This document shows, in pieces, positions 8,277 through 18,179 of a stretch of 64,000 nucleotides of DNA. The notes below the pieces were generated by a model. The model had not been told where the DNA came from. It saw nothing but the letters and a program-made list of their open reading frames with translations, and ran no database searches. Made by a program: the position numbers and the translations under genes. Numbering within the stretch: the stretch's first letter is position 1; every line of letters begins with the position of its first letter. The DNA is taken from IMG/VR virus record IMGVR_UViG_3300045999_008996, positions 124,001 through 188,000 of that record. One strand, written 5' to 3'.

Positions 8277-10825
8277 TATGGTACTATGTCAAATTCCTGT
8301 TTTGGTAATATTTTACCTACACAATCAATCACAGAAATAACTTTCTGTCCTGCTTGTTGCTTTCTTTCAACTTCATCTGGAGTCAATCTACGAATTTCAA
8401 ATTTTGGAGCAAGTTTAGCATTAAATCCACTATTACTTCTCACATAAATCCTTGGATAATTTGCAAATGATGCTCCATTATTTCTAATTATAATAGTTTT
8501 TATGCCGCCATTATTATCAACATCACCAACTTCAGCATCAACTCCATTGCTAGGCGGGTTATACTCACCTATTTCATCGTCTGCTGGAACAAAAACAATT
8601 GGATCTCCTGGAGTATAGTTATACCCGGGGTTTAAAATAACGACATTTTCGATAACCAAATCAATTGGATAACTATCGTTATCAATTGGTGCAGGTGGAG
8701 AAAATGGATCTATGGTAGGAAATTGTGGGGGAGATTCTAGAGGATTTGAAGAATCATAAGTGCCACATTTCGGTGCAGTGACTGACTGACTACTCGTAAC
8801 TTGGACCGCAGCGGAATTTGGATATTTAATCCAATCACCTGCGTTTAAAATGATTGTTTCTCCAGAAAGATAAGGCAAATCATAACACCCACTTGCTCTT
8901 CTAACTATTGTTTCGCAATAGTTAGCAAAAGTTCTTCCTCCACCACCTTCACTTCCGTCGTAACCATAAAGATAATTTTTTCCAGGTTCTTCAATTACAA
9001 CAGCAACAACTCTACCATTCTTAAGACCACTTATAGGAACACATCCTTCTTTTCCACTTTCTCCACCAAAACTTGAATTATTGTCAAATGTTCCACCGCT
9101 TGAATTTTTTACATCAGGATCAAACTCAAGTATTGCTCTACCGACAGATCCAGTTCCTTTACCGCAATTATCTTTAAATTTAACAAATGGTGGTTCAGAA
9201 TATCCATTACCTTCAGTAATAATATCAACACCAAGAATTTCTCCAGTAAATCCTATAATTACATTTCCTGTTGCACTGCTTCCTTCTCCACCATAAAACT
9301 CAACAACCGGTGGTCCGCAACGATAAGGACCAACATTACAAGAACCTCCCAATGGACTAATATCAAACCCATTCGAGGCAGATTCAACTGCACCTTGAAT
9401 AGATAAAATTGCGCCAGTAACTGTATCCGCAGCACCTTCGATTTGATCTGTTATATTTTCAGCAAAATCAGTCACCTGATCTATAAGACTCTGAATGTCA
9501 AAAGTTGCTGTTTTTTCTACACCATCCCAAGGACTCCAAGAATCAATCTCTGGACAATTTGGTTGTGTATCGCAAGTTAACCAAGAAAAAATATCAGCAA
9601 TAAATCCAAGAATATTTCCAGCAATATCAATTGTTGTGCCAATAATACCACTAATAGTGCCAATAATTCCGGTTATTCCAGAGAGAATGTCATTAAGAAC
9701 ACCACCAAGAATAACACTTACAAACTGTTGAGCAAAACAAGCAGGAACATTAATTAGTTTATCAAATAAAGAAAGAAGTAATTTTGATACGAGACTGAAA
9801 AGATTTTTAATAATTTTTTTAAACAAACATGCAATCAGATCATTTACATTTTCTACAGCAGTCTTTAATTTTGGTCTATCATTTGGAAAGATTGTATAAT
9901 AAAAATCTTTCATTTTGTCATTAACAACCTTAATAACGTGTTTTTCAATTTCAGTAACAATCCACTCAATTCCTTGAGTAATTTTATCTGTTGCAAATTT
10001 TATTTTATCCTCAATCCATCTTTGAACATCTTCTATGTTAGTAGATACTTTCGTTTTCCAATCCGATAAAGTTTTTCTTGCCGTCTCGATATCTTTTACG
10101 AGTTCTAAGATATCAAGTTGTATTTGCCCAAGAGGTTGTTTTTCGCAAACTGAGGTAAGAGGAACACTATGCTTCTTTTGACCCTCTCTTCTTTGTTCTT
10201 CTGATGCAGCATCACGTAAAGCATTATCACCGACAACAGATTGATTGATTGCGTTATTTACATTACCAGTATTACCTTTGCGATTTAATGGATCCGTTTC
10301 GATCAGACTAGGACCACCACTCTGCGTACCTAATGGAGTTTCTTTCTCAGTCTTTAAAGAATATTTTGCTACAGTTTCTTCAGCAAATCTATATCCTTGA
10401 AAAGGAATGAATCCTGCATCAGGAATATTATTAAGAACTTGAGTATATTGATTATATCCAAGTACACCCATAATAATTGGTTGCTGTGCATCTTCTCCAT
10501 CCAAGAAGAAACCATACACAAACATACCTTGTTTAAGGTTTGGTGTTTGAGACAATCCACCAGTTCCTGCACCAGCAGTTACTGGATACATTACAGAAGC
10601 CCAAGGAAGATCATCGTCTTTGAGTTCAGAAGGAACTGCAGTATGGTATCCCATAATGCGAACCTTATAACGATATTCAAAACCTTTATGATCTCCAGTT
10701 GTTGGAGTTCTATAACCAGGAATATTTCCACTCCATTTGGTTTCGTCAACAATCTGACCTAACCACCAAATAAAGTTATCTCTTCCTACAAAATGTCTCT
10801 TAAATAAACCTTGTTCAATCGTCAT
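8276..10825 (-). CDS. gp5: Baseplate hub / spike protein gp5
   Basis: N-terminal OB domain motifs RYKVRIMGYH..LPWA.VMYP..G..V.GFFLDG..AQQPIIMG. Confidence 0.85.
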   Translation of the reverse strand: MTIEQGLFKRHFVGRDNFIWWLGQIVDETKWSGNIPGYRTPTTGDHKGFEYRYKVRIMGYHTAVPSELKDDDLPWASVMYPVTAGAGTGGLSQTPNLKQGMFVYGFFLDGEDAQQPIIMGVLGYNQYTQVLNNIPDAGFIPFQGYRFAEETVAKYSLKTEKETPLGTQSGGPSLIETDPLNRKGNTGNVNNAINQSVVGDNALRDAASEEQRREGQKKHSVPLTSVCEKQPLGQIQLDILELVKDIETARKTLSDWKTKVSTNIEDVQRWIEDKIKFATDKITQGIEWIVTEIEKHVIKVVNDKMKDFYYTIFPNDRPKLKTAVENVNDLIACLFKKIIKNLFSLVSKLLLSLFDKLINVPACFAQQFVSVILGGVLNDILSGITGIIGTISGIIGTTIDIAGNILGFIADIFSWLTCDTQPNCPEIDSWSPWDGVEKTATFDIQSLIDQVTDFAENITDQIEGAADTVTGAILSIQGAVESASNGFDISPLGGSCNVGPYRCGPPVVEFYGGEGSSATGNVIIGFTGEILGVDIITEGNGYSEPPFVKFKDNCGKGTGSVGRAILEFDPDVKNSSGGTFDNNSSFGGESGKEGCVPISGLKNGRVVAVVIEEPGKNYLYGYDGSEGGGGRTFANYCETIVRRASGCYDLPYLSGETIILNAGDWIKYPNSAAVQVTSSQSVTAPKCGTYDSSNPLESPPQFPTIDPFSPPAPIDNDSYPIDLVIENVVILNPGYNYTPGDPIVFVPADDEIGEYNPPSNGVDAEVGDVDNNGGIKTIIIRNNGASFANYPRIYVRSNSGFNAKLAPKFEIRRLTPDEVERKQQAGQKVISVIDCVGKILPKQEFDIVP

Positions 10826-11033
10826 AAATTCTACATTCTAATGCATCTGGATTTTCGTCACAATACATTTCAAACCCACTAGGATCATGATCAGTATCGG
10901 GATGATTTGCTTGATATTTCTCAAGATGTTCTACTTCATCTTCCAAATGGCGGCGACGTTGCCCACTGGTATTAGGATTATCGAGTTCATCCTTGTCGTC
11001 ATTAATATGTTGTTGGAGTGATCTGTCTGTCAT
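10815..11033 (-). CDS. cp12: CP12 Calvin-cycle inhibitor
   Basis: C-terminal FEMYCDENPDALECRIYDD CP12 signature. Confidence 0.9.
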   Translation of the reverse strand: MTDRSLQQHINDDKDELDNPNTSGQRRRHLEDEVEHLEKYQANHPDTDHDPSGFEMYCDENPDALECRIYDD

Positions 11034-11042
11034 TTTGGTTTC

Positions 11043-12386
11043 TTAGAAAGGTTTTCTACCAAAGCTGTCTCTTACGAGAGTCATACTTGTAAAAGTTTCT
11101 CTTGGTGTAATACGATGACATAAACTTGCTATCATATATATACCACCACTTTTCTTATTATATGTGGCATTCTTCTCAACAGTGAGTCCAGGAAAGTCAC
11201 AATGTACCAAATCACCTGCTCTTAAACTAAAATCACCAGGAATAACTACATTAATCTTAATCAAAAACATCTGGTTATATCTCATAATAGATTGAACCAT
11301 AGTTTTTGGTGCATCATAAATTGGACTAAATGGACTATTTTTCCAATTTTTAAGTTGCTCGTCAAGATTTTTTCCTTTCGGAAGAGTTCCTATATCTAAA
11401 ACGTGATTCATTAACCTTGACACAGGTTTTCTAAACTCTTCAGAAACTGATAGAAGTTCATCTAATCCACCATTTACAATTTTGTCTTTTTGATTTTCAT
11501 CTACAGAATATTCACGAACCTTATAATCCATAGCAAAAAAATCAAAGAAAATACTTCTATTTGCGTAAGTTCCAATAGTTAAATTATTTCCAAGATCAAT
11601 ATCTCTTTCGATATTATAAGATAAAACTTTAGCATCATATTCGCCAGGTTTTGCCTCTGTATTATTATAAATATATTTCTTTTTATATTTTTGATCGAAC
11701 AATGCATCAATAGATCTAAAATTATAACCATCATAATTTTCATAAAAAAGATATCCCGCAGCACCATCTGATTCCCCTACACTTTTTGGAACTGATTTTG
11801 ATGCTAACCAAGTGCAAACATAAAAAGGTTTTCTATCATTACCAATAAAATTATAGTCTATTAATGTGTCGTCCACTTTAACATTTTTTTCAGTTAAAAG
11901 TCCTTTGCCACCAGATAAAGATTCTGTGAGTATTGATTTTACATGATCAGAAATATTTCCTTCGTATCTTTTAACAACTCTACTTTGTTCATTTGCAAAA
12001 TATTCTCTTGGTGAAAAGTCAATGTTGTATAAATCTTTCTGAGTTCCTGGATCAATATCACGAACTCGATTTACATAAAGAGAATTATTTTTTTGAGTTT
12101 TAAATTCTAATTTGTTTGGTTGTACCTGATTATCTTCCAGAATAATATATGCTCTTTCTCCTCCACGAATTGGAAGACCATCAACGATACCATTATTTCC
12201 AATAGAACTATCGGTAAATCCGGTATCAATCACAGTCGTAGACATTGACATGGAGTTGGATAATATATTTTCATAATAACGTAACTCAACAATGCCAGGA
12301 GAAAGATCCACAGAATTCTTACCATCAGAAGACTGTAAAACAAATGCTCGTATATTACTGACTCTTGTTGCTTGATTATCTGACAT
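11043..12386 (-). CDS. Baseplate hub protein (gp27-like)
   Basis: 447 aa, C-terminal IPGDFSLRAGD..G.Y.I..L.H pattern of hub proteins; sits between gp5 and the tape-measure-like genes. Confidence 0.55.
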   Translation of the reverse strand: MSDNQATRVSNIRAFVLQSSDGKNSVDLSPGIVELRYYENILSNSMSMSTTVIDTGFTDSSIGNNGIVDGLPIRGGERAYIILEDNQVQPNKLEFKTQKNNSLYVNRVRDIDPGTQKDLYNIDFSPREYFANEQSRVVKRYEGNISDHVKSILTESLSGGKGLLTEKNVKVDDTLIDYNFIGNDRKPFYVCTWLASKSVPKSVGESDGAAGYLFYENYDGYNFRSIDALFDQKYKKKYIYNNTEAKPGEYDAKVLSYNIERDIDLGNNLTIGTYANRSIFFDFFAMDYKVREYSVDENQKDKIVNGGLDELLSVSEEFRKPVSRLMNHVLDIGTLPKGKNLDEQLKNWKNSPFSPIYDAPKTMVQSIMRYNQMFLIKINVVIPGDFSLRAGDLVHCDFPGLTVEKNATYNKKSGGIYMIASLCHRITPRETFTSMTLVRDSFGRKPF

Positions 12387-14137
12387 TATCCTTGTTTGTA
12401 TAAGAACCCAATAAGTTGAGTTTGATAGTAACTATTTAATAGTGCTTGTTTTGATACTCCAATAGGAAGCATCCTTGTTCCTCCTCCGCCCATTACTGGC
12501 GCAGAACCTCTGCCAATTGGTATCGGAAGAATTGTAGAAGACGGTGCTCCACCAACAATCTCATAGTCTGCCTGCTGCATAATCTGCGGAACACTTGCAG
12601 ATATTGGTGGTGGTGCTTGTTCTGGTGAGACTTGTGCCGGTGCTGGTGGTTGTAATGATGCTGCTGTTGCTGTTACTGCTGCTTGTTGTGGTGAAGGTAA
12701 TGCTGTTGCTGCTGTTGCTGTTGCTGCTGCTTGTTGTGGTGAAGGTAATGCTGGAGCAGGTGGTGCCTGAGTTTGTGTTGCTACTTCCACTGCTGCTTGT
12801 TGTGCTATACGATCTGCTTGTCTTTGTCTTTGTTGTGGTGTTGTTTGTAATTTAGAACCATAAACAGTTTTTGCTGCTCCAATTCTTCTGGACAATGATC
12901 CTTGTATTTCTGAAGCACTTGCTCTTTCCACTTCATAAGCAAACCCTTTTGTTTTTGATGCAACATCAGGACCATAAGACATTGCTTTCTGAAATTGTGC
13001 TGTTTCATAAGCATTGCCACCTTTCAATTCCCAAACAATATAATCTAATTGAAGATTTAAATCAGTAACTGGTTTTCCTTTTTGCTGTGCGAATTGAATT
13101 AATCTTGATTTTCTTCCATATGCCCACTGCATCAAACCAAAAGCACCACTTTTAGGATTTTCTGCTCCAGTTCTAAAACTAGATTCTGCTGCAATATTAC
13201 CTGTAATAGCAGCTGCTTCTTCTTTACTAAATCCTCTCTGAACTAATCCAGAATAAACTCTATTTGCACTTGTAGTTTCTCCTTCACCTAAAGGAGTTTC
13301 TGGTCCTGAATATCCACCTCCTCCTGGTTGAGGTTGCTCTCCACCACTACCACGAAGACTATTAATAGTATTGTTAATACCCTCAAAAAGATTTTTCAAA
13401 AATGGAATTTTTTTAGCAATCTCATCAATATTTTTTTTCAAATCTTTACTATCAAGATTCTCTGGAGGAACACCAAGTAATTGTCCTATCAACTTTGTTC
13501 CTTCTCCAGTAATCCATTTAAGACCCTCCCAAATAGGACTGAAAAACTTTCCTATTTTTTCAATAAAATCTTTGACAGTTTGAAAAACATTTTTTAAAGT
13601 CTCTATAATCTCTTCAAGATTTTTAAAAATTGCAAGAGCAAGAGATCCAAGCAAAACATTGCCAAAGAATCTCATAAGATTAAACTTATCTCCAGGTGCC
13701 TGTATATTTGGCATCTTGAAAGGTTTTTTCTTTGCTTCCTTTTTTAACTTGTCTTCTCTTTCTTTTTTATCTTCTAACTTAGTCTGCTCTTTTTTATTAG
13801 TCTCTTCTTCTTTCTGAGTTTGATTTCTATTATTCAATACATCAATAATACCTTGAAGTGTCTTACCAACTCTGTTAAAAATATCATCTAACCTACCAGT
13901 CTTTACATTTTTCTTAACCTCAGCAGCAGGTGGAAGTGCTTTTATTTCTGCTGGAGGAAGAAACAGATTAGTTGATATTGTTTTCTTTTTAATTACTGGT
14001 TCTTTTACAACAGCACCTTCATCATCAATCTTTTGAATAGATGATGCTTTCTTTTTCTCAAAGAACTTATCTTTGTCAACCTTTTTTTCTGATGGTAGTA
14101 GTGCCTTTGCGGCAAATCCTGCTAGTGCTGGTAACAT
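12386..14137 (-). CDS. Tape-measure-like tail protein with Phage_lysozyme2-type muramidase domain
   Basis: Charged coiled N-terminus; GFSKEEAAAITGNIAAES..GAFGLMQW..QLDYIVWEL lysozyme-2 motif; P/A/Q-rich linker. Confidence 0.7.
   Translation of the reverse strand: MLPALAGFAAKALLPSEKKVDKDKFFEKKKASSIQKIDDEGAVVKEPVIKKKTISTNLFLPPAEIKALPPAAEVKKNVKTGRLDDIFNRVGKTLQGIIDVLNNRNQTQKEEETNKKEQTKLEDKKEREDKLKKEAKKKPFKMPNIQAPGDKFNLMRFFGNVLLGSLALAIFKNLEEIIETLKNVFQTVKDFIEKIGKFFSPIWEGLKWITGEGTKLIGQLLGVPPENLDSKDLKKNIDEIAKKIPFLKNLFEGINNTINSLRGSGGEQPQPGGGGYSGPETPLGEGETTSANRVYSGLVQRGFSKEEAAAITGNIAAESSFRTGAENPKSGAFGLMQWAYGRKSRLIQFAQQKGKPVTDLNLQLDYIVWELKGGNAYETAQFQKAMSYGPDVASKTKGFAYEVERASASEIQGSLSRRIGAAKTVYGSKLQTTPQQRQRQADRIAQQAAVEVATQTQAPPAPALPSPQQAAATATAATALPSPQQAAVTATAASLQPPAPAQVSPEQAPPPISASVPQIMQQADYEIVGGAPSSTILPIPIGRGSAPVMGGGGTRMLPIGVSKQALLNSYYQTQLIGFLYKQG
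12659..12754 (-). repeat. In-frame 48-bp tandem repeat (ALPSPQQAAATATAAT / ALPSPQQAAVTATAAS)
   Basis: GCTGCTTGTTGTGGTGAAGGTAATGCTG at 12678 and 12726. Confidence 0.9.
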
Positions 14138-16353
14138 TATCCTACAATGTTATAGATTGCTCTAACAACCATAGTGGTTGTGTTATTTGGATCCTCAGAA
14201 GAGAATCTTGGAACTGGTGCTTGATTTGGTGATGTTCCACTTGATACCTGTGGTGTTCCGCCACCAGTTGGTATAGGTATAGGTACAATATTACTTCTAC
14301 CAGTTGGTGAAGGTATTGATGGTGTTGTTGGTGGTGTTTGTGCTACTTGTGCAGTTTCTCCTACAGGTGTATGCATCATACCAGATTTAGATGTAGGTGC
14401 CAGATGCCCAACCCAAACTTTTCCGGATCCAGGAAGAATGCCAGTAACTCCACCTTTACCTCCAGTGTTTCTAACATCTGCTAAAGGAAAAGGAACTTTT
14501 GTTCCTTTTGGAACAAAAATATCAACAGATCTTCCGTCTCCACTATGACCATGCTGAGTTATTCCTATTCTTATTAATTTTTTTATTTCCTCCATAGACA
14601 TTCCAGGAGTAAACTTTTGCCCTTTACTTAATTCAGGTGTGACTCCAGAATCTAATAAACCCTTAACTATAGGAGCAGTATCATTTACAAGATCATTAGC
14701 AGTTCCCGTATCCGTTTGGAAATGACCATGCACAAATCCAGGAGCATTCGAAACATTTCCAGTTTCTCCAAATGTGGCACTGCCAGATCCAACTTGATTA
14801 CCAGCAGGCCCTGTTCCTGGTTGTGCGGCACTTGGAGGAAGTCCTGGCATTAATGAAGTTTGTGGTTGAACACCAGTATTTAAGTTTTCAACCATTTTTT
14901 GAGCATCTTTTACAAATTTGTTTATTTTATCAATGACATCACCTTGAGCACCTTCAGGGCCCATAATATCTTTCATTAACTTATCTTGTTCTTTTTGTGA
15001 TATAGGAATATTTTTTTCATTCTCTGCTATTATTTTTTTAGATATTTCTATATCTTTTAATTTTGCCTTATAGAATGGAGTACCTTCATACCCCCTTAAT
15101 TTTTTAAGTTCCTCTTCATCCTTTTTCAATTTTTGTTTTGTTTGCTCCAACTGCCTTTTCATACTTTGAGTTTTAGTCATTCTAGGCAAAAGTTCTTGCT
15201 CTATTCTATTAAGTTTCTTTTCGTCTTCTTGTATCTTTTTCAAAGATTGTTCTTTTTCTTTTCCGGACATTAACTGTGCTTGTCCTTTTCTGAGAACCAA
15301 ATCTTTTTTTAACTTATAAAGTTCACTCTCAACAGCAGGTGCATCTTCACCTCCGGCAAATTTCTGAATATTTTTGAATAACATTTGTCCACCAATAAAT
15401 GCCCCAAACAAACCAAAAGCAGGAAGTAAAGTGGTTAATCCACCAAGAGCAGTTCCAAGCATACCGATTCCACCAATAACTGCTGTGGTTAGACTAAGTA
15501 AAGTAGGAGCAAGTGGAAGAACAGCAATCGCAAGCAATCCACCAAGTATTAACCCAGCATTTTTTTGTAAGAAGTTAGAAAATCCATCAACTGCTTTTTG
15601 ATTTGCTGGATCTTTTAACCATTTAAACATTCCAAGAACAACAGAACCCAAAAGAACATTCGTAAAGAATCTTTTAATCGCACCAAAGAAATCATCAACA
15701 GGTTTTGTAAGTGCTTTAAGTATTGGTGAAGTTGGTTTTTTTGCTTCTAACTTAGATTCTCTTTCTTTTTTCTTTTTCTTTTGTATTTCTTTTCTATCTT
15801 CTTGTGCTGCTTTTTGTTCTGTTTTACCTTCACTTTGTAATAAACCTCTAATAGTAATCAGAGATTCTAAGATATTTCCTATACCTTTTGATAAGTCTTC
15901 TTGGTCAGTACCACCTGCAAGTTTTTTCTCTTGCTCTGGTGCTTCTTCTGCTACTGCTGGTATGAGTTTCTGTGCCTTTACAATTGCACCAGGAGGAGTT
16001 GGTTGTTTGCGATCTAATACCTTATTAATATTAACCTTCTTAGGTTTAACTTTAAATCTTCCAGTCTTATTCTTTACTCTCTTAAGTTCATTTGTAACTA
16101 ATTCAACACTCTCAGTTGTCATCTGAGAGCCTGGCATTCTTCCTTTAACTGCTGCTTCCTTTAAAAGAGAGGCATATTCTTCATAAGTTAAATCAAAAAC
16201 ATCTTCCAATCCCAAAATTGAAAGAATTTGAGAATCTATATCTTCCTCTACTAAATCCTCTGGTTTTTTAGCAGCAACAACAAGTGCAGAAGAAACTTTT
16301 GAATTATCCTCTGCAATATTAGTGTTGGTACTACTTGGAATTTTATCTTCCAT
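14137..16353 (-). CDS. Tape-measure-like (gp29-like) protein, possible C-terminal M23-like domain
   Basis: 738 aa with coiled-coil and hydrophobic helices; HGHSGDGRSVDIFVPKGTKV..VGHL resembles the M23 pattern. Confidence 0.55.
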   Translation of the reverse strand: MEDKIPSSTNTNIAEDNSKVSSALVVAAKKPEDLVEEDIDSQILSILGLEDVFDLTYEEYASLLKEAAVKGRMPGSQMTTESVELVTNELKRVKNKTGRFKVKPKKVNINKVLDRKQPTPPGAIVKAQKLIPAVAEEAPEQEKKLAGGTDQEDLSKGIGNILESLITIRGLLQSEGKTEQKAAQEDRKEIQKKKKKERESKLEAKKPTSPILKALTKPVDDFFGAIKRFFTNVLLGSVVLGMFKWLKDPANQKAVDGFSNFLQKNAGLILGGLLAIAVLPLAPTLLSLTTAVIGGIGMLGTALGGLTTLLPAFGLFGAFIGGQMLFKNIQKFAGGEDAPAVESELYKLKKDLVLRKGQAQLMSGKEKEQSLKKIQEDEKKLNRIEQELLPRMTKTQSMKRQLEQTKQKLKKDEEELKKLRGYEGTPFYKAKLKDIEISKKIIAENEKNIPISQKEQDKLMKDIMGPEGAQGDVIDKINKFVKDAQKMVENLNTGVQPQTSLMPGLPPSAAQPGTGPAGNQVGSGSATFGETGNVSNAPGFVHGHFQTDTGTANDLVNDTAPIVKGLLDSGVTPELSKGQKFTPGMSMEEIKKLIRIGITQHGHSGDGRSVDIFVPKGTKVPFPLADVRNTGGKGGVTGILPGSGKVWVGHLAPTSKSGMMHTPVGETAQVAQTPPTTPSIPSPTGRSNIVPIPIPTGGGTPQVSSGTSPNQAPVPRFSSEDPNNTTTMVVRAIYNIVG

Positions 16354-16510
16354 TTTGTTGCTGTCTTAGATTCTCTTCTTCAAGATGTTGCTGCAATAAT
16401 CCCACATACACATCTCTTTCCCAAGGAATTAGATTTTCAATCTCAGTTAATGAATATTTATGGAACTGTAGTAAGGCAAAATTTATTTTAAAGTAATTCT
16501 CTAGGTTCAT
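16343..16510 (-). CDS. gp51: gp51-like hub assembly protein (55 aa; missing from ORF track; possible -1 frameshift extension of gp26)
   Basis: MNLENYFKINFALLQFHKYSLTEIENLIPWERDVYVGLLQQHLEEE, containing the characteristic W(E)RD.Y motif. Confidence 0.8.
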   Translation of the reverse strand: MNLENYFKINFALLQFHKYSLTEIENLIPWERDVYVGLLQQHLEEENLRQQQNGR

Positions 16511-16521
16511 ATGAACCAGTC

Positions 16522-17241
16522 CTATGCGAAAAAACTTGTCAGACCCTCCAATGCGACAGTGCTCTCAACCTCAGTTTTTGGATTTATAAAAGTAATTTCG
16601 TGAGATAGTTTAGGCATTGTCTCAAAGAACTTTTCAATTTGTTTAAATTGAATACTATTCATTTGCTCTAAGAATTCAATCAATTCTTTTTTAGTCACAT
16701 CAGCAGAAACCCAAACCTCTTCTTCATTATAAATTTTATCAACGCAAGAGGCAATCAATTCAAATGATTGTTCAATTCCTGCACTAGCACCAAAATCAAA
16801 GTTATTTTTGATGAATTGATCAAGCGATGGATACTTCATCTCCATCATCAAGTTATCATCAAGTTTTATTTTATTTGTATGATCTTTTGACTTTTGTACT
16901 TTTATTTCATCAATATCGATTGTCACGGGGACTGAAGTAGTTCCATCATCAGGTGCGATTAGATTAACTTCAATTTTTTCACCAACTGACTTTCCACGAA
17001 TATTTAAAAACAAATATTCAATATCAAAAGTAGGAAGAGACTCTACTTTAATTCCTTTTGTCTGAATACAATTTCTTAAAACTAGTTTAATAGCATTTGA
17101 AATCTCTTTGATATCTTCAGATTCTAGTGCTAAAACTAAAAGTTTTTCTTCTTTTACTAAAAAAGGTCTATATTTTATTTCTTTTCCAGTTGACGGCAAT
17201 TCAAGAGTATAAACAGGAGTTGCAATTGTCGGTAAAGGCAT
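16522..17241 (-). CDS. gp26: Baseplate hub subunit gp26
   Basis: MPLPTIATPVYTLELPSTGKEIKYRPFLVKEEKLL N-terminus. Confidence 0.9.
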   Translation of the reverse strand: MPLPTIATPVYTLELPSTGKEIKYRPFLVKEEKLLVLALESEDIKEISNAIKLVLRNCIQTKGIKVESLPTFDIEYLFLNIRGKSVGEKIEVNLIAPDDGTTSVPVTIDIDEIKVQKSKDHTNKIKLDDNLMMEMKYPSLDQFIKNNFDFGASAGIEQSFELIASCVDKIYNEEEVWVSADVTKKELIEFLEQMNSIQFKQIEKFFETMPKLSHEITFINPKTEVESTVALEGLTSFFA

Positions 17242-17276
17242 GATGTCCTATAGAAATTTCAGTATGTTGTTATTTA

Positions 17277-18140
17277 TCAAGCAAAATCACGACTGAAATT
17301 GGTTGCATCTTGAGATCTTTGTCCAGGGCCTTGTCTTTGAGTTCCTGGAGTAACTCCACGAATAATACCATTATTATAATACTCGTTTGTAATTGTTCTT
17401 GTGAGTTTATTGACATCAAAGAATGGAGAGTTATCAAATAAGTTTGGATTTTTGTATAGATCAATATTAGGTTGAAGCGTTTGTATGTTTTGTACAGAAG
17501 ATGTTAATGTGGAAGATCTATTTCTTTTCATAACATATCTAATGAATGAAAAAGAAACATTACATTTTAAAAGTTGACTTTGTTCATATGAAACTGCCAT
17601 TGAATTAATACTAATTGGAAATCCATAAACAAAAGTATAATCTAAAGTTGTTTGATTTTTTGGAACGTGATGATCTCTTTCAAATTTTGTTAGATAAAAA
17701 TTTACTTTATAGTCATTTGCATATGCCATTCTGTGATGAACATATGGACTTTCAAACTGAGTCCTTGTAAAAACATCACCTACTCCAGTAATATAATCAA
17801 TCCAAGTTTCAAAAAATTCAACAACTTTATAATTTCTATCTACATAAAAAGTCATATCAGCAGTCTCATCATATAATCTCCTATAAACCATTTTTTCACT
17901 CACACCATGATAGTCATTTGTTGCCTCGTGAGTTGCGAGTGCAGATCCAGGTAAATTTGCTTCTGAGCATAGTAAAGAAATATTGTCTACATCAAAAGAA
18001 GTAATTCCTCTTTGAGAAGCAAAAGATGATACGTCCGGAGGAACAGGTATTGTTAATCGATATAATGACGTTTGTGCAATAGTCAGTAATCTAGATTTAA
18101 CGTCACTTACTGTAATTCTATCTGGACGGATACCTGCCAT
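17277..18140 (-). CDS. Tail-tube-fold baseplate protein (gp54/gp19-like)
   Basis: LLCSEANLPG..MTFYVD..FFETW..Y.M tube-protein pattern. Confidence 0.7.
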   Translation of the reverse strand: MAGIRPDRITVSDVKSRLLTIAQTSLYRLTIPVPPDVSSFASQRGITSFDVDNISLLCSEANLPGSALATHEATNDYHGVSEKMVYRRLYDETADMTFYVDRNYKVVEFFETWIDYITGVGDVFTRTQFESPYVHHRMAYANDYKVNFYLTKFERDHHVPKNQTTLDYTFVYGFPISINSMAVSYEQSQLLKCNVSFSFIRYVMKRNRSSTLTSSVQNIQTLQPNIDLYKNPNLFDNSPFFDVNKLTRTITNEYYNNGIIRGVTPGTQRQGPGQRSQDATNFSRDFA

Positions 18141-18141
18141 C

Positions 18142-18149
18142 TATAAATA
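18142..18149 (+). promoter_or_regulatory. T4-type late promoter TATAAATA for the gp4 operon
   Basis: Exact consensus 30 nt upstream of the gp4 ATG. Confidence 0.8.
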
Positions 18150-18179
18150 CTTTTACTGATATATTATGTATGCTGGAAA

